NCBI GenBank assembly: GCA_045545475.1
Contig: JAZQAZ010000047.1
Span: 32,001 to 96,000 of the forward strand
Length of the DNA stretch: 64,000 nucleotides
Direction of reading: 5' to 3'
Source of the DNA: Clostridia bacterium
GTDB lineage: Bacteria > Bacillota > Clostridia > CAKSNL01 > HGM11501
Below the pieces are notes generated by a model. That model searched no databases and was not told the DNA's origin. It was given only the letters and a program-made list of their open reading frames with translations. The position numbers and the translations under genes are program-made. Of this stretch, positions 38,947 through 48,142 are shown in pieces. Position 1 is the first letter of the stretch; each line of letters begins with the position of its first letter.

Positions 38947-39480
38947 ATGTCAAATATATGGCATGACATATCGCCAAAAAGAATAAAGCCGGAAGATTTC
39001 ATCTGCGTAATTGAAATATCCAAGGGCAGTAAGAAAAAGTATGAGCTTGACAAGGAAACAGGCTATCTGATGCTGGACAGAATTCTTTATACCTCCACTC
39101 ACTATCCTGCAAACTACGGCTTTATCCCGAGAACCTACGGTGACGATAATGACCCCCTTGACGTGCTTTTAATCTGCTCCGAGCAGATTGAGCCTATGAC
39201 CTTGGTCCGTGCTTACCCAATAGGCGTTATTTCCATGATTGACAACGGCCGTAAGGATGAAAAAATCATTGCAATTCCCTTTAACGACCCCAACTACAAT
39301 ATGTATAACGACATATCGGAGCTTCCAGGCCACGTATTTGCGGAAATGAAGCACTTTTTCACCGTTTACAAAAATCTTGAAAACAAGGAAACGGCGGTTG
39401 ATGAAGTAAGCGGCAAGGAAGAATCTGTAAAGATAATAAACGATGCTATAAGAAACTATATAAAGAAATTCTGCGAATAA
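38947..39480 (+). CDS. ppa: Family I inorganic pyrophosphatase
   Basis: KYELDK, YPANYGFIP, DNDPLD and DEKIIA. Confidence 0.95.
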   Translation: MSNIWHDISPKRIKPEDFICVIEISKGSKKKYELDKETGYLMLDRILYTSTHYPANYGFIPRTYGDDNDPLDVLLICSEQIEPMTLVRAYPIGVISMIDNGRKDEKIIAIPFNDPNYNMYNDISELPGHVFAEMKHFFTVYKNLENKETAVDEVSGKEESVKIINDAIRNYIKKFCE

Positions 39481-39492
39481 AGGAATTTTCAT

Positions 39493-40077
39493 ATGTCTAA
39501 GAAAACTGAGAGAAATACTAAAGGCAAAATAATAAAAGCGGCGTGGGATTTATTCTACGAGCAGGGCTATGACGATACCACCGTTGAGGAGATAATTGAG
39601 CGTTCGGGCACATCCAAGGGCTCATTTTATCACTATTTTGAGGGAAAGGATGCACTTTTTGAATCCCTTTCCTATATATTCGACGATGAGTACAGCCGCC
39701 TTCAGGAGAATATGCCGGAAGAACAAAACGCCTTTGATAAGCTTTTATACTTAAATGAAAAGCTTTTTTCCATGATTGAAAACAGAATAGATATTGAGCT
39801 TTTGAAAAGACTCTATTCCACACAGCTTGTAACAAAGGGGGAGAAGCACCTTCTTGACAGTAAGAGGGTTTACTATAAGCTTCTTAAAAAGATTGTGACA
39901 GATGGGCAGGAGAAAGGCGAACTTAAAGAAGATATGTCGGTAAACGAAATCGTAAAGCTTTATGCAATGTGCGAAAGGGCACTTTTGTATGACTGGTGCC
40001 TCTGTAACGGAGAGTATTCATTAAAGCAATATGCTAAAAAAACAATGCCGATGTTTCTTAAGGAAATTAAAGTTTAA
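39493..40077 (+). CDS. TetR/AcrR-family transcriptional regulator
   Basis: N-terminal HTH TTVEEIIERSGTSKGSFYHYF. Confidence 0.92.
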   Translation: MSKKTERNTKGKIIKAAWDLFYEQGYDDTTVEEIIERSGTSKGSFYHYFEGKDALFESLSYIFDDEYSRLQENMPEEQNAFDKLLYLNEKLFSMIENRIDIELLKRLYSTQLVTKGEKHLLDSKRVYYKLLKKIVTDGQEKGELKEDMSVNEIVKLYAMCERALLYDWCLCNGEYSLKQYAKKTMPMFLKEIKV

Positions 40078-40152
40078 ATAAAAGTAAATTTTCAGTATTG
40101 TTTTTGGTACAGGTATATAAGCCTTGTACTGCAAGGAGTATATTGAATTTTA

Positions 40153-40222
40153 AGGGAACTTAGTATAGACTGCAGTCTGTAATGAGTTCCCTATTGATTT
40201 TTATAAAAAAGTGTGTTATAAT
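40153..40222 (+). promoter_or_regulatory. Palindromic candidate operator followed by a sigmaA promoter (TTGATT-17-TATAAT) for the symporter
   Basis: AGGGAACT...AGACTGCAGTCT...AGTTCCCT at 40153-40192; -35 at 40194 and -10 at 40217. Confidence 0.55.
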
Positions 40223-40264
40223 CCCAAGGTAGCTAAAATTGGAAATAAGAAAAGGAGAATGAAA

Positions 40265-41872
40265 ATGGACATTTTAGCATTTGTACTTTACTTTGTTGCC
40301 ATGATAGGCATAGGTTTGTTTTTCTTTATAAAATCAAAAGCTGTTACAGAAAAGGACTATTTCCTTGGCGGAAGAGCTATGGGCCCCTGGGTTACAGCAA
40401 TGAGCGCTCAGGCATCAGATATGAGTGCCTGGCTTTTAATGGGTCTTCCCGGAAGCATCCTTGCCTTCGGCTTCGGTCAGGCGTGGATCGGTATTGGTCT
40501 TGCAATAGGTACTGCGGCTAACTGGATTTTGGTTGCAAAGCGTCTTCGTAAGTTTTCCAAGGCTTCCGGCGATGCAATCACACTTCCTCAGTATCTTTCC
40601 AACCGTTTCCTTGCAAAGAGCCATACTTTAAGCATCATCTGTGCAGTAGTGTTCCTTGTATGCTTCACAATTTATGTTGCTTCTGCTTTTGTTGCAGGTG
40701 CAGGCGTATTTACAACACTTGTTCCCACACTTACAACAGAAACTGCAATGCTCATCTTTGCGGCAATCGTTTTGGTATATACCTTCCTTGGCGGCTTTAA
40801 TGCCGTTTGCTGGACGGACTTTTTCCAGGGACTTTTGATGCTTGCTGCACTTTTGATCGTTCCCATTGCCATCGTTTTTGTAAAGGATCTTGATCCTGCC
40901 GCAATAAACACTGTATATTCCGGTCCCAACGGCGAACAGTTTACTTTTGTTGCTAACTTCTTCAATGCAAGCTGGCAGGATATTCTTTCCGGTCTCGGCT
41001 GGGGTCTCGGATATTTCGGTATGCCTCACATCATCGTAAGATTTATGGCTATTGAAAAGCCTTCTATGGTTAAAAAGAGTGCAACTGTTGCTATCATCTG
41101 GGTTGTACTTTCCCTTGCGGCAACAATTATGATAGGATATCTCGGAAGAATGTTTGTATATGCTGACGGAACAGACCTTTCAAAGGCACTTCTCGAAACA
41201 GGAAATCAGTCACTTATTTTCGTTGAACTTGCCCGTGATGTATTCCCCGCATTTATCGCAGGATTGTTGCTTGCGGCAATAATCGCGGCATCCATGTCAA
41301 CTGCAGACTCTCAGCTTCTCGTTGCGGCATCTTCCTTCTCAAGCGATATCTATAAGCCCATCGTAAGAAAAAATGCATCCAACAAGGAAATGCTCTGGGT
41401 AAGCCGTATAATCGTTCTTGTAATTGCTGTTGTTGCATACTTTATCGCAAGCAGTGAAGGAAAAGCTGCTCAGGCTATTATGAACCTTGTGTCAAATGCA
41501 TGGGGTATCTTCGGTGCGGCATTCGGACCTGCAGTGCTCTTATCTCTCTTCTGGAAGAGATTTACATACAAGGGTGCTGTTGCCGGTATAATTACCGGTG
41601 CACTGGTAGATATGTGTTGGTTATGGATGCCTATTTTCAAAACTCAGACAATTAGTGCGAATATTCACGGAATAAACGGAGTATCAGAAGGAACTATTGA
41701 TGTACTTACTAATATCGGAACCTTGGGCTCTTTAACAGGAATTTACGAAATTATTCCCGGCTTTATCATTGGCGGTTTGGTTGCTGTAATCGTTACATTA
41801 ATCGATAAAAAGCCCTCTGCCGAGGTTGAAGCAATTTACGAAAAGGCAACAGATAATTCAATCGACGACTAA
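40265..41872 (+). CDS. putP: Sodium:solute symporter, PutP (Na+/proline)-like
   Basis: DYFLGGR, SAQASDMSAWLLMGLPG, WTDFFQG, WGLGYFGMPHI and AASMSTADSQLL. Confidence 0.85.
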   Translation: MDILAFVLYFVAMIGIGLFFFIKSKAVTEKDYFLGGRAMGPWVTAMSAQASDMSAWLLMGLPGSILAFGFGQAWIGIGLAIGTAANWILVAKRLRKFSKASGDAITLPQYLSNRFLAKSHTLSIICAVVFLVCFTIYVASAFVAGAGVFTTLVPTLTTETAMLIFAAIVLVYTFLGGFNAVCWTDFFQGLLMLAALLIVPIAIVFVKDLDPAAINTVYSGPNGEQFTFVANFFNASWQDILSGLGWGLGYFGMPHIIVRFMAIEKPSMVKKSATVAIIWVVLSLAATIMIGYLGRMFVYADGTDLSKALLETGNQSLIFVELARDVFPAFIAGLLLAAIIAASMSTADSQLLVAASSFSSDIYKPIVRKNASNKEMLWVSRIIVLVIAVVAYFIASSEGKAAQAIMNLVSNAWGIFGAAFGPAVLLSLFWKRFTYKGAVAGIITGALVDMCWLWMPIFKTQTISANIHGINGVSEGTIDVLTNIGTLGSLTGIYEIIPGFIIGGLVAVIVTLIDKKPSAEVEAIYEKATDNSIDD

Positions 41873-41876
41873 AATA

Positions 41877-41907
41877 AAGGCTGTCTTCGGACAGCCTTGT
41901 TTTTTTT
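41877..41907 (+). terminator. Intrinsic terminator
   Basis: AAGGCTGTC-TTCG-GACAGCCTT plus T tract. Confidence 0.8.
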
Positions 41908-41956
41908 ATAGATATATGGTATACTAATAATATCTTTTAATATTAAGGAGTATTTT

Positions 41957-42625
41957 ATGCTTTATCTTATATCTTTTCTTGAAGGAATAATAACCTTTAT
42001 ATCGCCCTGTATGCTTCCGATGCTTCCGGTCTACGTTTCCTATTTTGCGGGAAACGATAAGGAAAAGGGAATGGGGAAAACATTTGTAAACGCCCTTGGC
42101 TTTGTTTTTGGCTTTACAGTGGTTTTCATCCTTATGGGTGCCTTTGCCGGTGCTGTGGGTGGCTTTTTAAGAAAATATCAGATTGCCGTAAATATTATAA
42201 CCGGCCTCGTCGTAATATTTTTCGGGCTTAACTTTATGGGAGTATTTAAGCTTAATATCTTCCGCGGAATGAGCGGAAGAATGGATAATAAGGAGCTGGG
42301 CTTTTTTTCATCCCTTCTTTTCGGAATAATCTTTTCCATAGGATGGACGCCCTGCGTCGGGACATTTTTAGGCTCTGCATTAATGATGGCATCAGGCTCC
42401 GGAAGCACGTCAAAGGGCATATTTATGCTTATAGCATACTCTCTCGGCCTTGGCATTCCCTTTATTGCAAGTGCCCTTTTAATTGATAAGCTTAAAGGTG
42501 CTTTTGATTTTATTAAAAGGCACTATAACATAATAAACATTGTTTCGGGAATCCTTTTAATAATAGTCGGTATTTTAATGATGACCGGGCTTATGGGAAT
42601 ATTTTTGGGAATGTTAGGTGATTGA
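41957..42625 (+). CDS. ccdA: CcdA/DsbD-type transmembrane disulfide reductase
   Basis: FISPCMLPM and WTPCVG cysteine motifs; multiple TM helices. Confidence 0.9.
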   Translation: MLYLISFLEGIITFISPCMLPMLPVYVSYFAGNDKEKGMGKTFVNALGFVFGFTVVFILMGAFAGAVGGFLRKYQIAVNIITGLVVIFFGLNFMGVFKLNIFRGMSGRMDNKELGFFSSLLFGIIFSIGWTPCVGTFLGSALMMASGSGSTSKGIFMLIAYSLGLGIPFIASALLIDKLKGAFDFIKRHYNIINIVSGILLIIVGILMMTGLMGIFLGMLGD

Positions 42626-42626
42626 T

Positions 42627-43211
42627 ATGAAAAAAGAATTAAAGTGGATAATTGCTGTACTGGTATTTGCACTTTTCATAGGCGGTGCATATCTTCTCTA
42701 TGATAAGCTTGGGGAGAAATTTGCCCCCGACCGCCTGGCAGAAAGCACTCCGTCGGAGGAAACCACAAAAGAAGATTCCCTTCCGGAAGAAACTGAAAAA
42801 GCCCCGGACTTTACGGTGTATGACAGAGAAGGAAACGAGGTAACCCTCTACGGTATGAGAGGAAAGCCCACGGTTGTGAACTTTTGGGCAAGCTGGTGTC
42901 CGCCCTGCAAGGAGGAGCTTCCCGATTTTGAAAAGATGTATATTGAAATGGGCGATGAAGTTAACTTCATGATGGTTGATATGACGGACGGCTATCAGGA
43001 AACAAGAGAAAAGGGCGAAGCATATATAGCTGAACAGGGCTTTACGTTTCCTTTGTATTTTGATCTCGACCAGAATGCGGCATACACCTACGGAATACAA
43101 AGCCTTCCTACAACGGTTTTCTACGACAAAGAAGGAAATATGATAACCTATGCCATGGGAATGATAGACTATGAAACCTTATTAAAGGGAATAAAAATGA
43201 TAACGGAGTAA
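42627..43211 (+). CDS. Membrane-anchored TlpA/ResA-like thioredoxin
   Basis: N-terminal TM, APDFTV, NFWASWCPPC and LPTT cis-Pro loop. Confidence 0.9.
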   Translation: MKKELKWIIAVLVFALFIGGAYLLYDKLGEKFAPDRLAESTPSEETTKEDSLPEETEKAPDFTVYDREGNEVTLYGMRGKPTVVNFWASWCPPCKEELPDFEKMYIEMGDEVNFMMVDMTDGYQETREKGEAYIAEQGFTFPLYFDLDQNAAYTYGIQSLPTTVFYDKEGNMITYAMGMIDYETLLKGIKMITE

Positions 43212-43217
43212 TCGGGA

Positions 43218-43616
43218 ATGAAAAAAATAAGTGTGATCGCTGCCTTAATGCCATTATTGGTGTGGTCCATCTGGTTTCTTGCTGTAAGAGAAAGCTTAGA
43301 TGTGCTGATACTTTCAGGTGCAAACAAGATGGCGTTTTTTATGAGTGTATTTTTTGCGATATTCAGTGCAGTTTTTATAAAAAAGTTAAAATGGTATTAT
43401 CTGTGCAATTTGATTTTTATCACCACGCACGGAATCGGATTTTATAAAGCGACCACGGCGTATTTGCTGAGAGTCAATAATCAGATTCTTTTGGGAACAC
43501 AGAAGGATGCTTCGCAGGCTGTTTTGGTATATACATTAATAATTATGTTGGTATGTGCCTTTGTAAAAACTTATCTTGAGAGCTACGAATATATGTCAGG
43601 TGGGAAAAAGAAATAA
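43218..43616 (+). CDS. Hypothetical membrane protein (~4 TM)
   Basis: 132-aa hydrophobic ORF, 6 nt after tlpA, RBS GGAG. Confidence 0.65.
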   Translation: MKKISVIAALMPLLVWSIWFLAVRESLDVLILSGANKMAFFMSVFFAIFSAVFIKKLKWYYLCNLIFITTHGIGFYKATTAYLLRVNNQILLGTQKDASQAVLVYTLIIMLVCAFVKTYLESYEYMSGGKKK

Positions 43617-43637
43617 AATAAAAGGGCAAAAGCCCTT

Positions 43638-44420
43638 TTATTTTATTTCTTTCATATATGCTTTAGGAGTTTTGCCAAACTCTGACTTAAAGCTTCTGTA
43701 AAAAGTCCTTATGGAATTAAAGCCTGAATCAAAGGCTGCTTCCGTAAGGCTTTTTCCTTCGTGCATTAAAATAAGAGCATTTTTAAGCCTCACGGTTGAA
43801 AGATATTTTGAAAAGCTTATCTTAAACGATGAAGAGAAATATCTTGAAAGATAGTTTTCGTTGTAGCCAAGGCTCTGGGAAAGATTTTTTAATGAGAGGT
43901 CCTCGCGAAAGTGGTCATAAATATGGGTTAAAATCATAGAGGAGAGGGAGGGATCCGTTGGGGAAGAGCCGCTGCAAAAGTCAATATTTTCTGCAACCAG
44001 CCCTAAAATTGTGTAAATATATCCCTTTTGCAGAATTTCGTTTTCTTTTGTGCCGTTTAATAATTTTATATATCGTTTAATTTTTGAAACAGCCTTTTTC
44101 TCTGTAATGAAGGGATTTAAGGTTGTTTTGTTTTTTACAAATTCCGTAAATTCACCGCAAAGATAAATTGGGATGATGAGTACGGATGATTTTGAATAGT
44201 CCTTTGTGGCATAAGCGTGGGAATCGAAGCTTAAAACAACGCACATTTCTCCCTTTTTAAGCTTTCTGTAGTGGGAGTTTACGGTAATGTCCATTTCACC
44301 GTCGTCCACAAAATAAAGCTCTAAATGGGAGTGAAACCCCGAAATAGAGGAATCGTTTTCATATTCTTTATAAAACAGAAAGTTCTGCTTTTCCCGTTCA
44401 ATTCTGAAAATGGCGTCCAT
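43638..44420 (-). CDS. AraC-family regulator, divergent from DMT transporter
   Basis: HSHLELY cupin; LTEAAFDSGFNSIRTFYRSFKSEFGKTPKAY. Confidence 0.92.
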   Translation of the reverse strand: MDAIFRIEREKQNFLFYKEYENDSSISGFHSHLELYFVDDGEMDITVNSHYRKLKKGEMCVVLSFDSHAYATKDYSKSSVLIIPIYLCGEFTEFVKNKTTLNPFITEKKAVSKIKRYIKLLNGTKENEILQKGYIYTILGLVAENIDFCSGSSPTDPSLSSMILTHIYDHFREDLSLKNLSQSLGYNENYLSRYFSSSFKISFSKYLSTVRLKNALILMHEGKSLTEAAFDSGFNSIRTFYRSFKSEFGKTPKAYMKEIK

Positions 44421-44540
44421 AAAAAGCTCCTTTAGTAAGAAAGTGGCATAAAATAATAGTATTCTGGCAAGAAAGCGCCAAAAAATTACGCTATAATTAT
44501 AGCCGATTGTTTGATTTAAGTCAAGGGAAGGGAGAAATTT

Positions 44541-45473
44541 ATGAGTTTTTTGGTTTTTCTTTGTGCTGTATTAAAAAATGCCATATACGGACTTTCGGTG
44601 TTTTTTGTGGGAGCATTAACTGATAATGTGGATGTTCTTGATGTTCTGGCATTAAGATACATTATAAGCTTTGCCGCGCTTTCGGTTTTAAGAGCCTTAA
44701 AAGTTATTAAAATAAAAGTAAGGCTTAAAGACTTTTTTGATAAAAGCTCCGGAGCATGCGATGTGCTTTTAGCCGGCTTGTTTGAGCCTTGTCTTTATAT
44801 GTTTTTTGAAACCGTGGGCATATCTATGACAACGGGAATTACGGCAGGTGTAATTATTTCTTTAAGTCCGGTGGCAAACTGCTTTACCGAAGCCGTTGTT
44901 CTTAAAGTAAAAGCGGGAGCACTTAAAATATCCTTCCTTATCGTGGGGATTATCGGTGCTTTGTATATTGCGATAAAGGGCGGAAGTGCCGGCGGAGAGG
45001 ATAAACCGCTCGGTATCTTGTTTATGTTTCTTGCAATTATTGTGGGCGCATTTTTCTCATCCTTTTCATCAAAATCTTCAAAAAGGTTTTCTTCAATTGA
45101 AATCACTTACATAACTGTTGCAATGGGGCTTATTCTCTTTAACGGCGTAAATGTGGTAAGACATCTGATAGCAGGAAGCATAGAAAGCTATTTTGTACCG
45201 TACTTTACCCCTGAAAATATTAAAGGCTTTATTTTCCTCGGCATAATATCAACTTGCCTTGCAACCTTTATGAATAACTATGCCTTATCTAAAGTAACGC
45301 CTACCACAATGGCGGCATTTGGCGGAATTTCCACATTGGTAACAGTTCTTGGCGGAGTATTTTTAGCCGGAGAAAATATATATTACTATCATTATATAGG
45401 CTTTGCACTTATTCTTTTCAGAATGATTTCCGTAAGTGTGCTTGATATAAATAAAAGCCGTAAACATTCTTGA
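44541..45473 (+). CDS. DMT/EamA-family transporter
   Basis: About 10 TM helices in two repeats; LALRY, EPCLYMFFET and GVFLAGE. Confidence 0.85.
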   Translation: MSFLVFLCAVLKNAIYGLSVFFVGALTDNVDVLDVLALRYIISFAALSVLRALKVIKIKVRLKDFFDKSSGACDVLLAGLFEPCLYMFFETVGISMTTGITAGVIISLSPVANCFTEAVVLKVKAGALKISFLIVGIIGALYIAIKGGSAGGEDKPLGILFMFLAIIVGAFFSSFSSKSSKRFSSIEITYITVAMGLILFNGVNVVRHLIAGSIESYFVPYFTPENIKGFIFLGIISTCLATFMNNYALSKVTPTTMAAFGGISTLVTVLGGVFLAGENIYYYHYIGFALILFRMISVSVLDINKSRKHS

Positions 45474-45526
45474 CTTTAAGGCTTTTCTGTGCTAAAATCG
45501 TAGAAAATATCAGAGGAGGTTTTTTT

Positions 45527-47134
45527 ATGAAAGCGGCAATCGTCCAGGCACCTTATTCAAGGGATTTATCAAAGTCCGACGAATATTTTGATTATAAAAT
45601 AAACTTACTTAAAGAAATGAAAGACGATGTTGACATCATCGTTTTGCCGGAGTATTCAGATGTACCCTGTGCAACCACTAATTTGGAGGAAACACTTTTT
45701 TATCACGATAAATATATTGACACTCTTTTATCGGAATGTGAAAAGACGGCAAAAAGATGTAATGCCCTCCTTTTCGTAAACGCTCTTTCAAAGGAAGAGG
45801 GCGGATATAGAAACACTACCTATGTTTACGGAAGAAGCGGAGAACTTCTCGGCAAATACTTTAAGAAGCACCTGCCTCCGCTGGAGCTTGAAACATTGGC
45901 ACTTGACAGCGACTACACCTTTACATATTCCGAGCCTTTCACAATGGAAATCGAAGGCTTGCGCTATGCATTTTTAACCTGCTATGACTTTTATTTCTAT
46001 GAGGCAACAGCTCGTATTGCAAGGGAAAATGTGGATGTTATTATCGGTTGTTCACTTCAGAGAAGCGACACACATTCTGCCATAGAAATTATGTGCCGTC
46101 ACCTTGCATATAACACCAACGCCTATGTGCTTCGTTCATCCGTAAGCTTTTCTGAGGATTCCGACATCTGCGGCGCAAGTATGGCGGTTACGCCCAAGGG
46201 GGATGTACTTCTTAATATGAAGGGCAAATTCGGCGTAGGCTATGCAGAGTTTGATCCTTCCGACAAATACTTAAAGCCTGCAGGCTTTGGTAGAGGGGAT
46301 GCACCCCACTATGAGTATATCGAATACGGAAGAAAGCCCTGGCAGTACAGAAGCGGCGGAAGTGCCATTGTTCCCTTTGAGGAATATATGCCCTATCCCA
46401 GAGTTTGTGCCCATCGTGGATTTTCCTTTGCTGCTCCCGAAAACACAATGCCTGCCTACGGTGCGGCAATCGGTATGGGGGCGGACGAGATAGAGCTTGA
46501 CCTCTGGCCCACAACAGACCACGAACTTATAAGCTGTCACGATAAATTCCTGCACAGAATTTCAAACGGAGAGGGCCCCGTTACGGATAAATCCCTTGCC
46601 GAGCTTAAGGCCCTTGATTTCGGTTGTAAGTTCAGCGACAGCTTCAAGGGCTTGAAGCTTGTTACCTTTGAGGAAATATTAAAGCATTTTTCCGGTCACA
46701 CAATAATGAACGTTCACTTAAAGCCCATGAACGAAGAGGAATTCCCGGACTGGTATGTGGATAGACTTCTCTATTTAATAAGAAAATACGAGGCAGAACG
46801 CCACGTTTATCTGATGGTTGAAGAGGATAAGCAGATCGCACACTTCAAGCGCATCGCTCCCGAAATTCCCATCTGCGTGGGACACAATAAAAATGATCCA
46901 TGGGGAATTGTTGACAGAGCAATAAGGCTTGGTGCAGAAAAAGTACAGTTCTATAGACCTTACATTAATCAGGAAATGATAGATAAGGCCCGTGCCAACG
47001 GAATTATCTGTAACCTTTTCCATACAGACGACCCCGATGAAGCAATTGAATTTATTAAAATGGGAATTGACACAATCCTTACCAACAACTTCTGTATAGT
47101 GCAAAGGGCGGTAAACGATTATTTAGGTAAATAA
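45527..47134 (+). CDS. Fusion of a carbon-nitrogen hydrolase (nitrilase fold) and a glycerophosphodiester phosphodiesterase
   Basis: Glu-Lys-Cys triad LPEY / YFKKHL / LTCYD; GDPD motifs CAHRG, PENT, IELD, CHD and DTILTN. Start ATG 45527 after GAGGAGG. Confidence 0.88.
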   Translation: MKAAIVQAPYSRDLSKSDEYFDYKINLLKEMKDDVDIIVLPEYSDVPCATTNLEETLFYHDKYIDTLLSECEKTAKRCNALLFVNALSKEEGGYRNTTYVYGRSGELLGKYFKKHLPPLELETLALDSDYTFTYSEPFTMEIEGLRYAFLTCYDFYFYEATARIARENVDVIIGCSLQRSDTHSAIEIMCRHLAYNTNAYVLRSSVSFSEDSDICGASMAVTPKGDVLLNMKGKFGVGYAEFDPSDKYLKPAGFGRGDAPHYEYIEYGRKPWQYRSGGSAIVPFEEYMPYPRVCAHRGFSFAAPENTMPAYGAAIGMGADEIELDLWPTTDHELISCHDKFLHRISNGEGPVTDKSLAELKALDFGCKFSDSFKGLKLVTFEEILKHFSGHTIMNVHLKPMNEEEFPDWYVDRLLYLIRKYEAERHVYLMVEEDKQIAHFKRIAPEIPICVGHNKNDPWGIVDRAIRLGAEKVQFYRPYINQEMIDKARANGIICNLFHTDDPDEAIEFIKMGIDTILTNNFCIVQRAVNDYLGK

Positions 47135-47154
47135 AAAAATCCGTGAGTGAAAGC

Positions 47155-48033
47155 TCACGGGTTTCTTTTATTTCTGAATTTAAGCGGTGTTTTGCCGAAG
47201 CGTTTTTTAAATGCCGTTGAAAAATAGTCAACATTATGAAAGCCTGAATCAAGGGCGATATAGCGGACGGAATGATTGGTGTCCCTTAAAAGCTCTGCGG
47301 CACGCTCTAAACGGCACTCTCTTATTTCCTCCGAAATGCCGATGCCCTTGACCTTTATAAAAAGATGCTGAAGGTATGAAATGCTTAAATGGCAATGGTC
47401 GGCAATATCGGAAAGGGTAATATCTTCGGTAAAATGTTCCTTTATATAGTCTATGGCATCAAAGATATAAGGACTCATATTCTCACGGGCAAAAAGGGCG
47501 CTTATGGCGTTTTCATAATGAGGCGATGTTGTTATATGTTCTTTTAAGAGAGCGGATAAAACCTTAAGAAAGGTTTTAAGGGATGCTTCTTCGTCATCGG
47601 TTATATGTAAGAGTGCGTCATTATGAAGCGAGGGTATATCGGTTTTGAGCCTTTTTGATAAAAGCGATGCGGTTTTTTCTCTTAAAGTCCCCTTTATGCC
47701 GGTAACGGAAACGATGGAAAAAAGCGTGTTTTCTATAAAAATCGGCAAGGATATTTCCGTGACTCCCGCATAGCAGGTGACCTTTTGTATTTCACCGTCA
47801 TTTTTCATTTCTGCTTGATATTTGTTTTTAAGATAAACGCACCTTCTCTGAAGCCCCCGGTTTTTCTTTATGGCAAGGCAGTAGGGGTTTTTGTGCCACT
47901 TCCTTATTTCCGGGAGCTTAAGTTCACTATCCGTGCAAAGCAGGTTATAGCGGTCATATATTATAATATCCCATTGACGGCTTTTTTTAATATCTTCTAT
48001 ATATTCTTTTATTAAAACGGCACAATCTTTCAT
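47155..48033 (-). CDS. AraC-family regulator with N-terminal sensor (PocR-like) domain
   Basis: HKNPYC...C...TCYAGVTE sensor region; IALDSGFHNVDYFSTAFKKRFGKTPLKFR. Confidence 0.88.
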   Translation of the reverse strand: MKDCAVLIKEYIEDIKKSRQWDIIIYDRYNLLCTDSELKLPEIRKWHKNPYCLAIKKNRGLQRRCVYLKNKYQAEMKNDGEIQKVTCYAGVTEISLPIFIENTLFSIVSVTGIKGTLREKTASLLSKRLKTDIPSLHNDALLHITDDEEASLKTFLKVLSALLKEHITTSPHYENAISALFARENMSPYIFDAIDYIKEHFTEDITLSDIADHCHLSISYLQHLFIKVKGIGISEEIRECRLERAAELLRDTNHSVRYIALDSGFHNVDYFSTAFKKRFGKTPLKFRNKRNP

Positions 48034-48142
48034 AAATACCTCATAAAAACTAAAAAATAAAGCATAAAATCAAAGTTTTTTCTCTATTATAATGCTATAC
48101 TGAATTTAAGTCAAGAAAAATTAATCGAAAGAAGGGTGTTTT

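Noticed and set aside
41957-43211. Cytochrome c maturation system
   Set aside because: No CcsA/ResBC or CxxCH proteins are nearby. A CcdA-TlpA pair alone is an ordinary envelope thiol-redox module.
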